From an uncultured archaeon (GTDB lineage: Archaea > Thermoproteota > Nitrososphaeria > JACIWG01), in assembly GCA_938034445.1 (NCBI GenBank), contig CALHLD010000026.1, positions 562-64,561 of the forward strand: a stretch of DNA of 64,000 nt, written 5' to 3'. The translations under genes and the position numbers were made by a program. The stretch's first letter is position 1; each line of letters opens with the position of its first letter. The notes beneath the pieces were generated by a model, which worked only from the letters and a program-made list of their open reading frames with translations, did not search any database and was not told where the DNA came from. Shown one piece after another: positions 38,147 through 47,864 of the stretch.

Positions 38147-38680
38147 CTATTTTATTATTGTTAAGCTTTTAACTACCTTAATAGCCTGTAACTCGCTGAT
38201 AACCTCCCCAGGAACTTCACCTTCGATTATGAGTGTTAATTTTGGTTCTTCAAAGAGCTCAGGGTCTTCTGCAAAAACTTCTCTTATAACAAGCTTATGT
38301 TTGGCTATGATAGATGTTACTTCAGAAATTATTCCAGGCTTTTCTGGATATGATGTTATAACTATTACTGTAAAACCAAGATAGTGTGCGACATCCTTAA
38401 AGAATGCTACAGGCTTTAAACGTGTAAATATGTATTCTAGGTTCGGATCCAAAAGTATATAATCTGCAGTCTGTCTAACAACCCTCCTGTCTATCCCTAA
38501 AGATTTTGCTATAGCGGTATCACTGACTTCGATATCGTCAAAGTAGAATCTTCCATTTTTATCTACCCTTAATCCAGTTTCAAGCATCTTTTTTAAAAGA
38601 AGTGCTCTTGCCTTTTTTCTCTTAGAAGATTCTTCAAGAATTGTTCCTAATCTTTTAAAAGGCCATGTCATCATGTTCAA
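38147..38680 (-). CDS. ACT-domain putative regulator of amino-acid metabolism (COG2150-like)
   Basis: 177 aa. C-terminal TLIIEGEVPGEVISELQAIKVVKSL has an ACT-like beta-alpha-beta-beta pattern. Divergent from the TrpB2 gene. Confidence 0.5.
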   Translation of the reverse strand: MNMMTWPFKRLGTILEESSKRKKARALLLKKMLETGLRVDKNGRFYFDDIEVSDTAIAKSLGIDRRVVRQTADYILLDPNLEYIFTRLKPVAFFKDVAHYLGFTVIVITSYPEKPGIISEVTSIIAKHKLVIREVFAEDPELFEEPKLTLIIEGEVPGEVISELQAIKVVKSLTIIK

Positions 38681-38766
38681 TTATGTTCATTTATAGTTAT
38701 ACTTATACATTTCTAAAAATGTATTCTTTTGTACATAAATGAATTTATATGTGCATTTTTTAACAT

Positions 38767-40143
38767 TTGTCCATGAACGAGATTTCACAAAACAAGATAA
38801 TATTACCGGTGGAAGAAATGCCAAAATATTGGTATAACATACTTCCAGACTTGCCGGAGCCTTTACCTCCACCAATTGACCCATCAACTGGAAATCCAGT
38901 TAATCCAACTGTTCTAGAAAGAATATTTGCAAAAGAATGCATTAGACAAGAAATTTCTATGGAAAATTATATACAAATCCCAGACGAAGTTCGTGAAATA
39001 TATTATGTTCTTGGAAGACCTACACCCATTTTCAGAGCTAAAAGGTTAGAAAAATACCTAGACACTCCTGCAGAAATATACTTTAAACGAGAAGATTTTA
39101 GCCCAACTGGGAGCCATAAAACGAATACTGCTGTAGCACAAGCCTACTATCTCTCCAAAGAGGGTGTTAAGAAGGTTACAACAGAAACTGGTGCAGGCCA
39201 GTGGGGTTCAGCACTTTCTCTAGCATCAGCGTTCTTTTCGCTTGAAACAATAGTTTTTATGACGAGGAGCTCCTATCTTCAGAAACCGTATAGGCGTGTT
39301 ATAATGGAGCTTTTTGGTGCAAAAGTTTATCCTTCTCCAAGTGACCAGACAAAAGTTGGAAGAAGTTATCTTTCATCAGATCCATCACATCCTGGAAGCC
39401 TGGGAATTGCAATAAGTGAAGCTCTTGAAGTAGCACTTGGACAAGATAATGCAAAATATTCTCTTGGAAGTGTACTAAATCATGTGCTTCTTCATCAGAC
39501 TATAATAGGTTTAGAGGCTAAAAAGCAAATGGAACTCATAGACAGGGCGCCAGATTATGTTATAGGATGTATTGGTGGTGGAAGCAATTTCTCAGGTATA
39601 GCCTACCCATTTTTGGGAGATAGGCTGAAGGGTTCTAGTGAAACAAGATTCGTGGCTGTAGAACCTAAAGCCGTTCCATCTACTACAAGAGGAAAATACA
39701 CTTACGATTTCGGCGACTCAGGAGGCTTAACTCCGATGCTTAAAATGTATACTGTAGGAAGCAAGTTTCCTATATCGCCTATTCATGCAGCAGGTTTAAG
39801 ATATCATGGTAAAGCGCCCTCACTATGCTTGCTTATAAAGAATGGATATGTTGAAAATAGGGCATATCATCAGACTGAAGTGATGCAGGCTGGTGCACTT
39901 TTTGCAAGATTGGAAGGTGTTATTCCTGCACCGGAGACAGCGCATGCGATAAAAGCTGTAATAGACATTGCACTTGATGCGAAAAGGAGGAATGAGAAAA
40001 CAGTAATATTGTTTAATTTTAGTGGACATGGTCTTCTTGACTTAAAAGCCTACGAGGACCTACTCTATAACAACCTAAAAGACTATGAGCCAACAGAAGA
40101 ACTTATATCACAGTATATTTCCCTTATCCCGAAGGTGAGCTAG
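38767..40143 (+). CDS. trpB2: TrpB2-type tryptophan synthase beta-like PLP enzyme
   Basis: 458 aa. N-terminal [24 protein letters not shown] is the TrpB2 signature. PLP lysine in [19 protein letters not shown] glycine loop. Confidence 0.8.
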   Translation: MSMNEISQNKIILPVEEMPKYWYNILPDLPEPLPPPIDPSTGNPVNPTVLERIFAKECIRQEISMENYIQIPDEVREIYYVLGRPTPIFRAKRLEKYLDTPAEIYFKREDFSPTGSHKTNTAVAQAYYLSKEGVKKVTTETGAGQWGSALSLASAFFSLETIVFMTRSSYLQKPYRRVIMELFGAKVYPSPSDQTKVGRSYLSSDPSHPGSLGIAISEALEVALGQDNAKYSLGSVLNHVLLHQTIIGLEAKKQMELIDRAPDYVIGCIGGGSNFSGIAYPFLGDRLKGSSETRFVAVEPKAVPSTTRGKYTYDFGDSGGLTPMLKMYTVGSKFPISPIHAAGLRYHGKAPSLCLLIKNGYVENRAYHQTEVMQAGALFARLEGVIPAPETAHAIKAVIDIALDAKRRNEKTVILFNFSGHGLLDLKAYEDLLYNNLKDYEPTEELISQYISLIPKVS

Positions 40144-40148
40144 ATATT

Positions 40149-40613
40149 GTGTCAAATAGGAAAACTTTCAATAAGGCTTCACAATCTAATGCATTTTTTT
40201 TACCAAAACCTGTGCTAGTGGATATAGAATTACTTAAGGCACACGAGGAAGTTGATGTAAAATATTGTGAGGAACTGAAAAAAACTATTGAAGTAGATAA
40301 AGTTATAAAAAAGCCAATTGTAGCGGATGTAAACACTTACACCATTTTAGATGGTCATCATCGTGTAAGTGCACTTAAAAGTCTCGGATGTAAGCTTGTG
40401 CCAACCATACTAGTAGACTACAGTAGTCCAATGATAATCTTGGATTCGTGGAAAAATATGCATTTGGACAAGAAAACCGTTATATCAAATGCATTGGAAG
40501 GGAAAAGATTCCCTCCAAAAACTACAAAACATATGATACAAATAAATGGAAAAATAAAGCATATCTCATTTATACAAAAGAATGTCAACTTGCCACTAAC
40601 TGCTCTAAAGTAA
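40149..40613 (+). CDS. stand-alone ParB/Srx-superfamily domain protein (DGHHR motif)
   Basis: 154 aa. KPIVADVNTYTILDGHHRVSALKSLG corresponds to the ParB/sulfiredoxin/DUF262 DGxxR nucleotide-binding motif. Lies 6 nt after the TrpB2 stop. Confidence 0.5.
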   Translation: MSNRKTFNKASQSNAFFLPKPVLVDIELLKAHEEVDVKYCEELKKTIEVDKVIKKPIVADVNTYTILDGHHRVSALKSLGCKLVPTILVDYSSPMIILDSWKNMHLDKKTVISNALEGKRFPPKTTKHMIQINGKIKHISFIQKNVNLPLTALK

Positions 40614-41300
40614 ATTTTTTAACAAACTATACATTCTTCTAGCATTCTCAAGCATGTTTGTGTCATTATTAAATAGCACATAGGCTTTAAAAGGTTTAAT
40701 TTTCAAAATCTTTTTACCAACTTCCTCAAGTTCCCAGTCTTCATAATAGTGTGAATACCAAAATTGTCTACCATGCATTCTAACATAAACTATCCCGTTA
40801 GGCGAAAATATTTTTCTTGGATGTTCCGGTGAATCAACACTAACAAAAGTTATGTTCAGTCCAGAAGCCCACTTAATCCATTCATCATTAAACCATTCAA
40901 CATTTCTGGCCTCTAAAGCAAATCTTTCACCTAACTTACATTCTTTAATAAAATCTTCTAACCTTTTAGAATATTTTGGTGAAATGATTGGAGGGAGTTG
41001 GAAAAGATAGAAATCGATTAGACCATCTAATGGTTTAAACAGATTCTCGAACCTTTTCCATAAATTAAATGCTTTCTCATTAAACTTGAACTTGTGTGTT
41101 ATAAGCTGATTCACTTTAATAATCCACCTTAAATTTTTGCCTTTAACGGTCCAAGATTTCACTTGATTAGGGAACGGAAATCGGTAGAAGCTCGCATTCA
41201 ACTCTATACAATTGAGTCCAGAATTTTTAGCATACCAAGAAAGGTTTCCCTCAATATTCCAATCATATGACCAGCCTGAAGTTCCAACAAAAATTTCCAT
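40605..41300 (-). CDS. DUF72 (UPF0759) family protein
   Basis: 231 aa. MEIFVGTSGWSYDWNIEGN...FYRFP is the DUF72 N-terminal signature. Confidence 0.75.
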   Translation of the reverse strand: MEIFVGTSGWSYDWNIEGNLSWYAKNSGLNCIELNASFYRFPFPNQVKSWTVKGKNLRWIIKVNQLITHKFKFNEKAFNLWKRFENLFKPLDGLIDFYLFQLPPIISPKYSKRLEDFIKECKLGERFALEARNVEWFNDEWIKWASGLNITFVSVDSPEHPRKIFSPNGIVYVRMHGRQFWYSHYYEDWELEEVGKKILKIKPFKAYVLFNNDTNMLENARRMYSLLKNLL

Positions 41301-41337
41301 ACACTTTCACAGTATGCGTTATTTTAATAAATATCCT

Positions 41338-42813
41338 TTAGTTTAAGTTTATGTTGATTGTTCCATGTGTGTCCTCTTTTTCTAGTTTGAAAGAAACAAT
41401 TTTTTTAAAATCTTTTAAACTTAAAATATTCTTACCTTCTTTTATTTCATAAACTGCTTTCTCACACTCCTTTACTGGTAAACTTAAATCATATTCATAA
41501 ACATATAACCTATTACCACTACTAGAGTATATTGTTAAGCATGCATCTTTGTATCCATACAATGGTATTCCCCCCCAGTTTAGTGTAGAAACTAAACTAG
41601 TTGGTAATACAAAGCTCACAGGAGGCTGTCTCTCAAATATTATTCTATTATCAAGTACTACTATTTCCCGATAACCTGCATCGATTGGCATCGCATCAAA
41701 TCTTGCAAGATTGGCTACAGTTGAAGTTCCTAAAAGGATCTTATCTCCTACAGTTTCTATTGAAGTTATTCTTGCACCAAATGCTCCAACTACACGCGCC
41801 ATAGGTGGAGTAATATATATTAGAAGCGATGGCCCTATGATAGTGTTCTGTTCTCTCATCACATTCTTTTCTAACTCGTTTTGTGGGAAGACTAATCCAT
41901 GTGTGAAACTGTTGAAGGCTGTTAGTAGTCCTCCACCAAATGTTATTGCCATAGTTCTACTTGGCGAATATCCAGAATATCCAAAATCAAAAAGTCTAAC
42001 AAATTTAATAGAATCTTTATCGAACAATGATGGTTCAGCAACCAATACCCCTCCCTTAACAAATGTGAAAAGTCTAGCGTAAGCTGAGATCATGCTTCCA
42101 ACAAAAGGTCTAATCACATTCCCGTAATCTACAGATACTTTAGAAAAGTCTTCCAAATACATTTTAGACCATCTTCTATCAAAGAGATCCATAAACTGTA
42201 ATCCCCTAAAATAGCCTAAATATGATATGTCGAAAAAGGCACTATCTAAGAATATTGTCCCCTTAAGTGCTGGCTCATTTGTTAATTGAACAATTTTCCC
42301 ACCTTTCCTCTCGAGTAAAAATACACCTAGATTTTTATGCCCGTCAGCCCTCGCTACAAGAAGAACATCATTTACTGGATCATATACTATCTCAGAAACC
42401 TCTCCTGTCCAGTCTGTTGGATGATTTATACCCTCCTTCCAAACAAGTCTAACATTCCCCTCTTTAACATTATACTCGTGAACATGACTATACTTGTTAA
42501 CAAAAGAAATAATTCTCCTATCACCCTCTCTAAGATATAATGCGGGTGCATGAACCCACCCTCCAAAATAAATAAAATCATCAACTACATCAACCGCATT
42601 ATAAGTATCTCCTCCAGAAACAGGCTTTGGTCCAACAAGATCGTAGTTGTACACTTTCTCCCTTTCCTCGTCTAAAAAGTGCGCTTCACCCTCAAAAGCT
42701 AGATTGAAGAATAATGTTCCCCTATAAAATTTTAAACCAAAGATCCCCCCTGAACCCCATTCTGGAGCAAACCTTGGAGGAAATCTGTAAAGTCTTTTTG
42801 AAATATCGGCCAT
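41338..42813 (-). CDS. hypothetical cytoplasmic protein (491 aa), beta-rich, no recognisable family
   Basis: Long clean ORF with coding-like composition. No motif I can assign. Confidence 0.5.
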   Translation of the reverse strand: MADISKRLYRFPPRFAPEWGSGGIFGLKFYRGTLFFNLAFEGEAHFLDEEREKVYNYDLVGPKPVSGGDTYNAVDVVDDFIYFGGWVHAPALYLREGDRRIISFVNKYSHVHEYNVKEGNVRLVWKEGINHPTDWTGEVSEIVYDPVNDVLLVARADGHKNLGVFLLERKGGKIVQLTNEPALKGTIFLDSAFFDISYLGYFRGLQFMDLFDRRWSKMYLEDFSKVSVDYGNVIRPFVGSMISAYARLFTFVKGGVLVAEPSLFDKDSIKFVRLFDFGYSGYSPSRTMAITFGGGLLTAFNSFTHGLVFPQNELEKNVMREQNTIIGPSLLIYITPPMARVVGAFGARITSIETVGDKILLGTSTVANLARFDAMPIDAGYREIVVLDNRIIFERQPPVSFVLPTSLVSTLNWGGIPLYGYKDACLTIYSSSGNRLYVYEYDLSLPVKECEKAVYEIKEGKNILSLKDFKKIVSFKLEKEDTHGTININLN

Positions 42814-42871
42814 CCTTCCATCAAATAAGTTGCAGTAATCTTTATATAAAATATTTTCAAATTATTATGTC

Positions 42872-44062
42872 ATGAGTTCTACTCCACTATTTCCAATATT
42901 TTATAGGATAACCGAACTTTATATGCCTGGAAAAATGGTATTTGGATTAAATTCCCTTGAAAGACTTCCAAAGGAAGCTCGTTTCCTTGGTGGAACTTCT
43001 AAGGTGCTTATACTAACAGATAGGCAAGTATTGTCAACAGGCTCTCCGGAAAAGGCTTCAGAAATTCTAAAGAAAGATGGTTTTGAAGTTAAAGTATACG
43101 ATAGTCTAGAACCAGAACCTAGAATAGAAGTTGTAGAAGATGCTGCAAACTTTGCAAAAAACTTTGACCCTGATGTTGTAGTTGGAATAGGTGGTGGAAG
43201 CGTAATGGATTCAGCCAAGCTTGTATCTGTATCCTTTACTCATACTGGTAAGTTAAGAGAGTATGTTGGCCCAAATCTTTTGAAAAAAAGAGGTAAACCA
43301 ACAATCTGTATTCCAACCACAGCTGGAACGGGTAGTGAAGTTACACAATATGCGGTTTTCACTATAGACGGAAAAAAGAAGACGTGTGCTAGCCCATACA
43401 TTATACCCGATGTAGCACTAGTTGACCCACTCCTAACAATATCATTACCATCCCATGTAACAGCAGGTTCCGGACTAGACGCTTTAAGCCATGCCATCGA
43501 ATCTCTAATTTCAACGGAAGCAACGCCAATAACAGACGAGCTAGCCTATCTTGCTATAAGATTAATATTCAATTACCTAAAAAAGGCATACTATAAGCCA
43601 AACGATGTTGAAGCAAGATACTATATGTCTATGGCTGCCACAATAGCGGGGATACCATTATGTAATGCAAGAATGGTTGTTGGACACTCGATTTCACAAA
43701 CAATAGGCCCCATGTACAAAATATCACATGGTATATCCTGTGCGATCACACTTCCATACATTATGAAATTTTATGCGCCAATAGTAAGTGAAAAACTAGC
43801 ACAGGTTACTATAGAAAGTGGAGAAGATGTTTCAAGTATGTCATTAAAAGATGCAGCCCTAATGTCAGCTGTTATAGTAAAAAGATTACTTGAAGAATTA
43901 AATATTCCTCATGCATTAAAAAGTTATGGTGTGCCAAAAGAAATGCTGCCAAAACTTGCAGAAGATTCTATAGTAAACTTTCCTAGACCAAACAGTCCAA
44001 TAGAATTAAATAAAGAAAATGTTTTAAGAATTCTCGAATGGATGTATGAAGGTGAAATTTAG
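42872..44062 (+). CDS. iron-containing (group III) alcohol dehydrogenase
   Basis: 396 aa. GIGGGSVMDSAK NAD-binding motif. Fe-ADH His-rich C-terminal half. Confidence 0.85.
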   Translation: MSSTPLFPIFYRITELYMPGKMVFGLNSLERLPKEARFLGGTSKVLILTDRQVLSTGSPEKASEILKKDGFEVKVYDSLEPEPRIEVVEDAANFAKNFDPDVVVGIGGGSVMDSAKLVSVSFTHTGKLREYVGPNLLKKRGKPTICIPTTAGTGSEVTQYAVFTIDGKKKTCASPYIIPDVALVDPLLTISLPSHVTAGSGLDALSHAIESLISTEATPITDELAYLAIRLIFNYLKKAYYKPNDVEARYYMSMAATIAGIPLCNARMVVGHSISQTIGPMYKISHGISCAITLPYIMKFYAPIVSEKLAQVTIESGEDVSSMSLKDAALMSAVIVKRLLEELNIPHALKSYGVPKEMLPKLAEDSIVNFPRPNSPIELNKENVLRILEWMYEGEI

Positions 44063-44211
44063 CATATCTTTAACTCTTTATTTCTTTTTAATTCTAAACA
44101 TAAATTAGTTTAAAAAGAACTATGTTTAGGATAAACTAATTTTTCTTATGGACAAAAAGAATAACTTTAACCTAAAATAAGTTTAACTTAAACCTATTTA
44201 CTTGTTTCATG

Positions 44212-44886
44212 TCATCTTATAACGTTTCCACCACAAAAGCGGGTTACATATTCTATAACCTTATCCACCGCCATCATAAGTATTTCATCACTAACTCCTG
44301 GTACACCACATACTAAAAATACAACATTTCTTGTTTTATCAGAAACTTTAGTAGCTTCAGCATCACGGTAAGGATATATTGCTACAAGCTTTTCTTTATC
44401 ACATACAACTATTTCGGTGCCATTTAATAATATTGGTTTCTCCATTCCAATTCCTAAAAATTTTTCTCCATTAGTAGCATTTCTCATGAAGAGTTCCCCT
44501 AAAATTTTGTCTTTGTCAAAGGCAGCAATAGGTACTCCACTCACAATAGAAGCGAGGTTGTATGAGTCAACTAGCATGTTTATGTGGGGAAAAGGTTTTT
44601 CAAGTAATATTCTGCGTATAAGTGCTTCAGAGGCGGGTCTAATCTTCGTAGGATCTATTCCTATTTTCCAGAAAAAATCTCTATATGCTCTAAATAATGG
44701 TTCATTTTTTAACCCATCTAATGTATACTTGGACCTAACATATTCTACTACTTCTTTTAAAAGCCTATTAAACTCACTATATGTTTTCTCATCACTTCTA
44801 TTGACATCTACATTATTTATTCCAAGAATATATGCTCTTAGGCCAGGAAATTTTTTCTCTAATTCTTCGTCAACCTTAAGCCACAT
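44212..44886 (-). CDS. B3/B4 tRNA-binding-domain protein (COG3382-like)
   Basis: 224 aa. Pattern resembles the PheT B3/B4 domain (DSYNLASIVSGVPIAAFD). Confidence 0.6.
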   Translation of the reverse strand: MWLKVDEELEKKFPGLRAYILGINNVDVNRSDEKTYSEFNRLLKEVVEYVRSKYTLDGLKNEPLFRAYRDFFWKIGIDPTKIRPASEALIRRILLEKPFPHINMLVDSYNLASIVSGVPIAAFDKDKILGELFMRNATNGEKFLGIGMEKPILLNGTEIVVCDKEKLVAIYPYRDAEATKVSDKTRNVVFLVCGVPGVSDEILMMAVDKVIEYVTRFCGGNVIR

Positions 44887-44903
44887 TCAGTATCACATTA
44901 ACA

Positions 44904-45701
44904 CTATACTTGTAAGTCTGGCAAATTTTCTAATGTTGTAACTTTAGCATCGTAGGGGTCTGCAATACCTTGGCAGAATACGTTAAGCGGCTGATCCTGT
45001 AAAAGGTTATAGCATCTGTGAGCCATTCCTGGTGGAATATAAATTGCGTCACCCTCACTTACTTCAGTTTCTTCACCAGCAACCTTAACCTTCCCCTTAC
45101 CTGAAACAATAAAATATATTGCTTCAGAATTGTGTGAATGGTATCCTAAAATATTTGGTACACTCATCATGCTTGCAAAAAGCAAATATTTCATCTGATT
45201 CCTTGAAAAGATGCTGTAAGAGTAGCATGTTCCCTCATGCCCAGGACTTGGCTTTTTAGAAGTCCAACGTTCAACAAGAATCCTATTTTCAAGTTCTTGT
45301 GAGCTTGTTTCTATAACATTTACCTCTTTAGATTCAGGAGGTGCTCTTACACAATATTCCATAAATATTATTGGCTGCTGCTCTAACCTAGAATATACTA
45401 TATAAGATACTCCAGGTGGAACATATACTGTGTCATGAGCTTTAATCGTCAATAAAGTTTGGTTAGACTGAATTTCTCCTTCACCTTGCAAAATAAACAG
45501 TATTTTTTCCAAATTCTGTCTCCTGTATAATGGTTTCTTTTCCCATGGTATTGTAACATATTTAACCCACTCCCAATATTTTGTAACCTTTATTCCACCT
45601 ACACGGTCTAAATGATCTTTTCTTCTAAAATAATATCTTGCATAAGAATTTCCATCATCTTCTATAATTGGTTCAATTTCCCTCCAATTCCTCTTATACA
45701 T
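44904..45701 (-). CDS. bicupin-domain protein
   Basis: 265 aa. Two cupin motif pairs (HDTVYVPPGVSYIVY and GDAIYIPPGMAHRCYN). Confidence 0.6.
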   Translation of the reverse strand: MYKRNWREIEPIIEDDGNSYARYYFRRKDHLDRVGGIKVTKYWEWVKYVTIPWEKKPLYRRQNLEKILFILQGEGEIQSNQTLLTIKAHDTVYVPPGVSYIVYSRLEQQPIIFMEYCVRAPPESKEVNVIETSSQELENRILVERWTSKKPSPGHEGTCYSYSIFSRNQMKYLLFASMMSVPNILGYHSHNSEAIYFIVSGKGKVKVAGEETEVSEGDAIYIPPGMAHRCYNLLQDQPLNVFCQGIADPYDAKVTTLENLPDLQV

Positions 45702-45860
45702 ATTTGCACATCAAAGTAAAGGAATAAAGGGATTTTAAAATTTTAGTAATATTTTAAAATAGATTCGAAGGCTAATTGCCTCAATAGAAGATCATATGAT
45801 ACATTTATGTTAAAATATTAAGTTGAATACTGTTTATAAAAAGTAGTTATATTCAATTTT

Positions 45861-46256
45861 TTATAGTAGTTTTACTTCAATTAATCCTTCTACTTTTTCT
45901 GCCTGCTTTTTGTCAAGCGTATACAGTATCGCATTTTCCATTCTCGCTAAAGCAACATAAAGTGCGTCATAAACAGTCAAATTCGTCGAACAGGCTAAAT
46001 CAAATGCTTCCTTTAATAGTTGATTTTCACCAACCACATTTAAACTGAAGTTGAATAGTTCAAATGTTGCACTTGACTTTATTTTAGCATCTTCTAGCGA
46101 AATATGCTTTCTTTTATATGCTTTCCAAATCGCATTTAACGTTTCTTTAATTGCATGGTCTACGGAATAGGAATTTAATATTATTTCAGAAAGTCTTCGC
46201 CACTCTGGCTCCTTTAATATGAAACTCGCTATTATAGACGCATCAACCACTTTCAC
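45861..46256 (-). CDS. vapC: PIN-domain ribonuclease VapC
   Basis: 131 aa. MKVVDASIIASFIL with the first PIN Asp. TVYDALYVALA region. Confidence 0.75.
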   Translation of the reverse strand: MKVVDASIIASFILKEPEWRRLSEIILNSYSVDHAIKETLNAIWKAYKRKHISLEDAKIKSSATFELFNFSLNVVGENQLLKEAFDLACSTNLTVYDALYVALARMENAILYTLDKKQAEKVEGLIEVKLL

Positions 46257-46473
46257 GGTCTTCTCTCACCGACAAAACTGAGAATCCTTTAGGTACACCA
46301 CCTGTCTTTTCTATATCTTCAATAATATCTTTCATTTTCTCTTGCGCCTCTATTTCTCGGATTTTTCTTTCTATAAATAGCCTTATTTCTTCTGGCCAGT
46401 TAATCTTATCTTTGAATTTGTCCACTTTCTTCTTTAATTCGTCTGAAACTTTTACTGCAATTATTTTACTCAT
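46243..46473 (-). CDS. vapB: VapB-type antitoxin
   Basis: 76 aa. Overlaps the vapC start by 14 nt. Charged and helical. Confidence 0.55.
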   Translation of the reverse strand: MSKIIAVKVSDELKKKVDKFKDKINWPEEIRLFIERKIREIEAQEKMKDIIEDIEKTGGVPKGFSVLSVREDRESG

Positions 46474-46555
46474 AGTTATACTTAAAGTTAAACTCCGTAT
46501 ATAAACATTTAGATAAATAAATTTTATTAGAATTTACTATTTTATTGTCTGTGGA

Positions 46556-46640
46556 TAAAGGTATAAGAGTTCTTGTAACAGGTGCAAGTGATAGAATTGG
46601 ACATGCCTTTGTTAGAGATACAAAATCTCCTCTATTATAG
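46556..46640 (+). pseudogene. diverged duplicate of the 5' end of the epimerase gene at 47092 (IRVLVTGASDRIGHAFVRDTK vs MRVLVTGAGGRIGRAFVREYK), ending in a stop
   Basis: Nucleotide alignment by eye: 17 identical nt (AGAGTTCTTGTAACAGG), then about 75% identity over the next 50 nt. Confidence 0.55.
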
Positions 46641-46854
46641 TTTCTCATGATTATTATATATCTTCCTGAAACTATTTCATGTTAATGTGAAATAAAACTT
46701 TTTATTAGACCATAGTATGAATTGCCTCATTCTTTAACGGCTATAATTTTTGCTGTAACCTCACCCCAACCTCCATAATCTCGTATACCATCATACTCTA
46801 ATACATATCTGGCATTTTTTGGCAAAATTGCGTAAAGTGTGTTGTCACAACCAT

Positions 46855-46905
46855 ATTCTTTAAGCAGAATAAATCAAATGCCTACTTTTAATAGTTGATT
46901 TCCAT
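46855..46905. repeat. duplicated internal fragment of vapC (TAAATCAAATGC..TTTAATAGTTGATTT), matching 45994-46040
   Basis: Two identical blocks of 12 and 15 nt separated by a short diverged spacer. Confidence 0.5.
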
Positions 46906-47091
46906 ACTAAAGTTAGAGAGTGTAAATATCATATCCAAATACATCTTAACCCCCTCTACCAAAATATAACTTTCTTTCGTAGATTTTACGAATTGTTTTC
47001 AATGTTACTTTAATTGAATTGTCTACTTTATTTCTCGGATAAGAAATTTCTTAGTAAAAGTTTATAACCAATAAAGCAGCTGTAAAATAAA

Positions 47092-47862
47092 GTGATGGCT
47101 AAGAATATGAGAGTTCTTGTAACAGGCGCCGGTGGTAGGATAGGCCGTGCTTTTGTTAGGGAATATAAGAATTATTATTTATTTCGGCTAATGTTACACA
47201 AAAGGGCTTTTGATATATTTGATGGTGAAGTTGTTTACGGCGATATCGCTGATTTTGATAGTGTGTTGAAGGCTGTTGAAGGTGTAGATGCAATAGTCCA
47301 TTTGGCTGCAGACTCTCGTGTTGAAGCTGACTGGAATTCTGTTTTAAATACAAACATTATTGGCACGTATAACGTTTTTGAAGCAGCTCGTCTCTGTGGG
47401 GTTAGGAGGGTTGTTTATGCGAGTTCAAATCACGCTTGCGGTACTCTCATAAATGAAAGGGATTTGGTTGGACCTGACGCTCCAATTGCACCGGACAGCC
47501 TTTATGGTGTTAGTAAGGTTTTTGGTGAAGCGCTCGCACACTACTACTTCAAAAAGCATGGGCTGTCTACTATATGTTTGAGAATTGGCATTTGTAGAGA
47601 TTTGGATGACCCTTCACAATTCTTTAGAGAATATTTGACAGGAGTGAAAGTGCATCCAACATACTCTCCAGAAAAGATTCTTGGATTGTGGATAAGTGCT
47701 CGTGACATGGCTCAACTTATACATAAAAGTCTTGAAACTGATGTTAAATTTGGAATATTTTATGGTATATCGAATAATAGGCATCCTGTTTTCGATTTAA
47801 GTGAAACTAGACTCAAGCTTGGATATAGTCCAGAAGATTGTGCTGAAAACCATCTGAAATAG
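47092..47862 (+). CDS. NAD-dependent epimerase/dehydratase (extended SDR) family protein
   Basis: 256 aa. VLVTGAGGRIG Rossmann motif. YGVSK catalytic YxxxK. Confidence 0.8.
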   Translation: MMAKNMRVLVTGAGGRIGRAFVREYKNYYLFRLMLHKRAFDIFDGEVVYGDIADFDSVLKAVEGVDAIVHLAADSRVEADWNSVLNTNIIGTYNVFEAARLCGVRRVVYASSNHACGTLINERDLVGPDAPIAPDSLYGVSKVFGEALAHYYFKKHGLSTICLRIGICRDLDDPSQFFREYLTGVKVHPTYSPEKILGLWISARDMAQLIHKSLETDVKFGIFYGISNNRHPVFDLSETRLKLGYSPEDCAENHLK

Positions 47863-47864
47863 TT

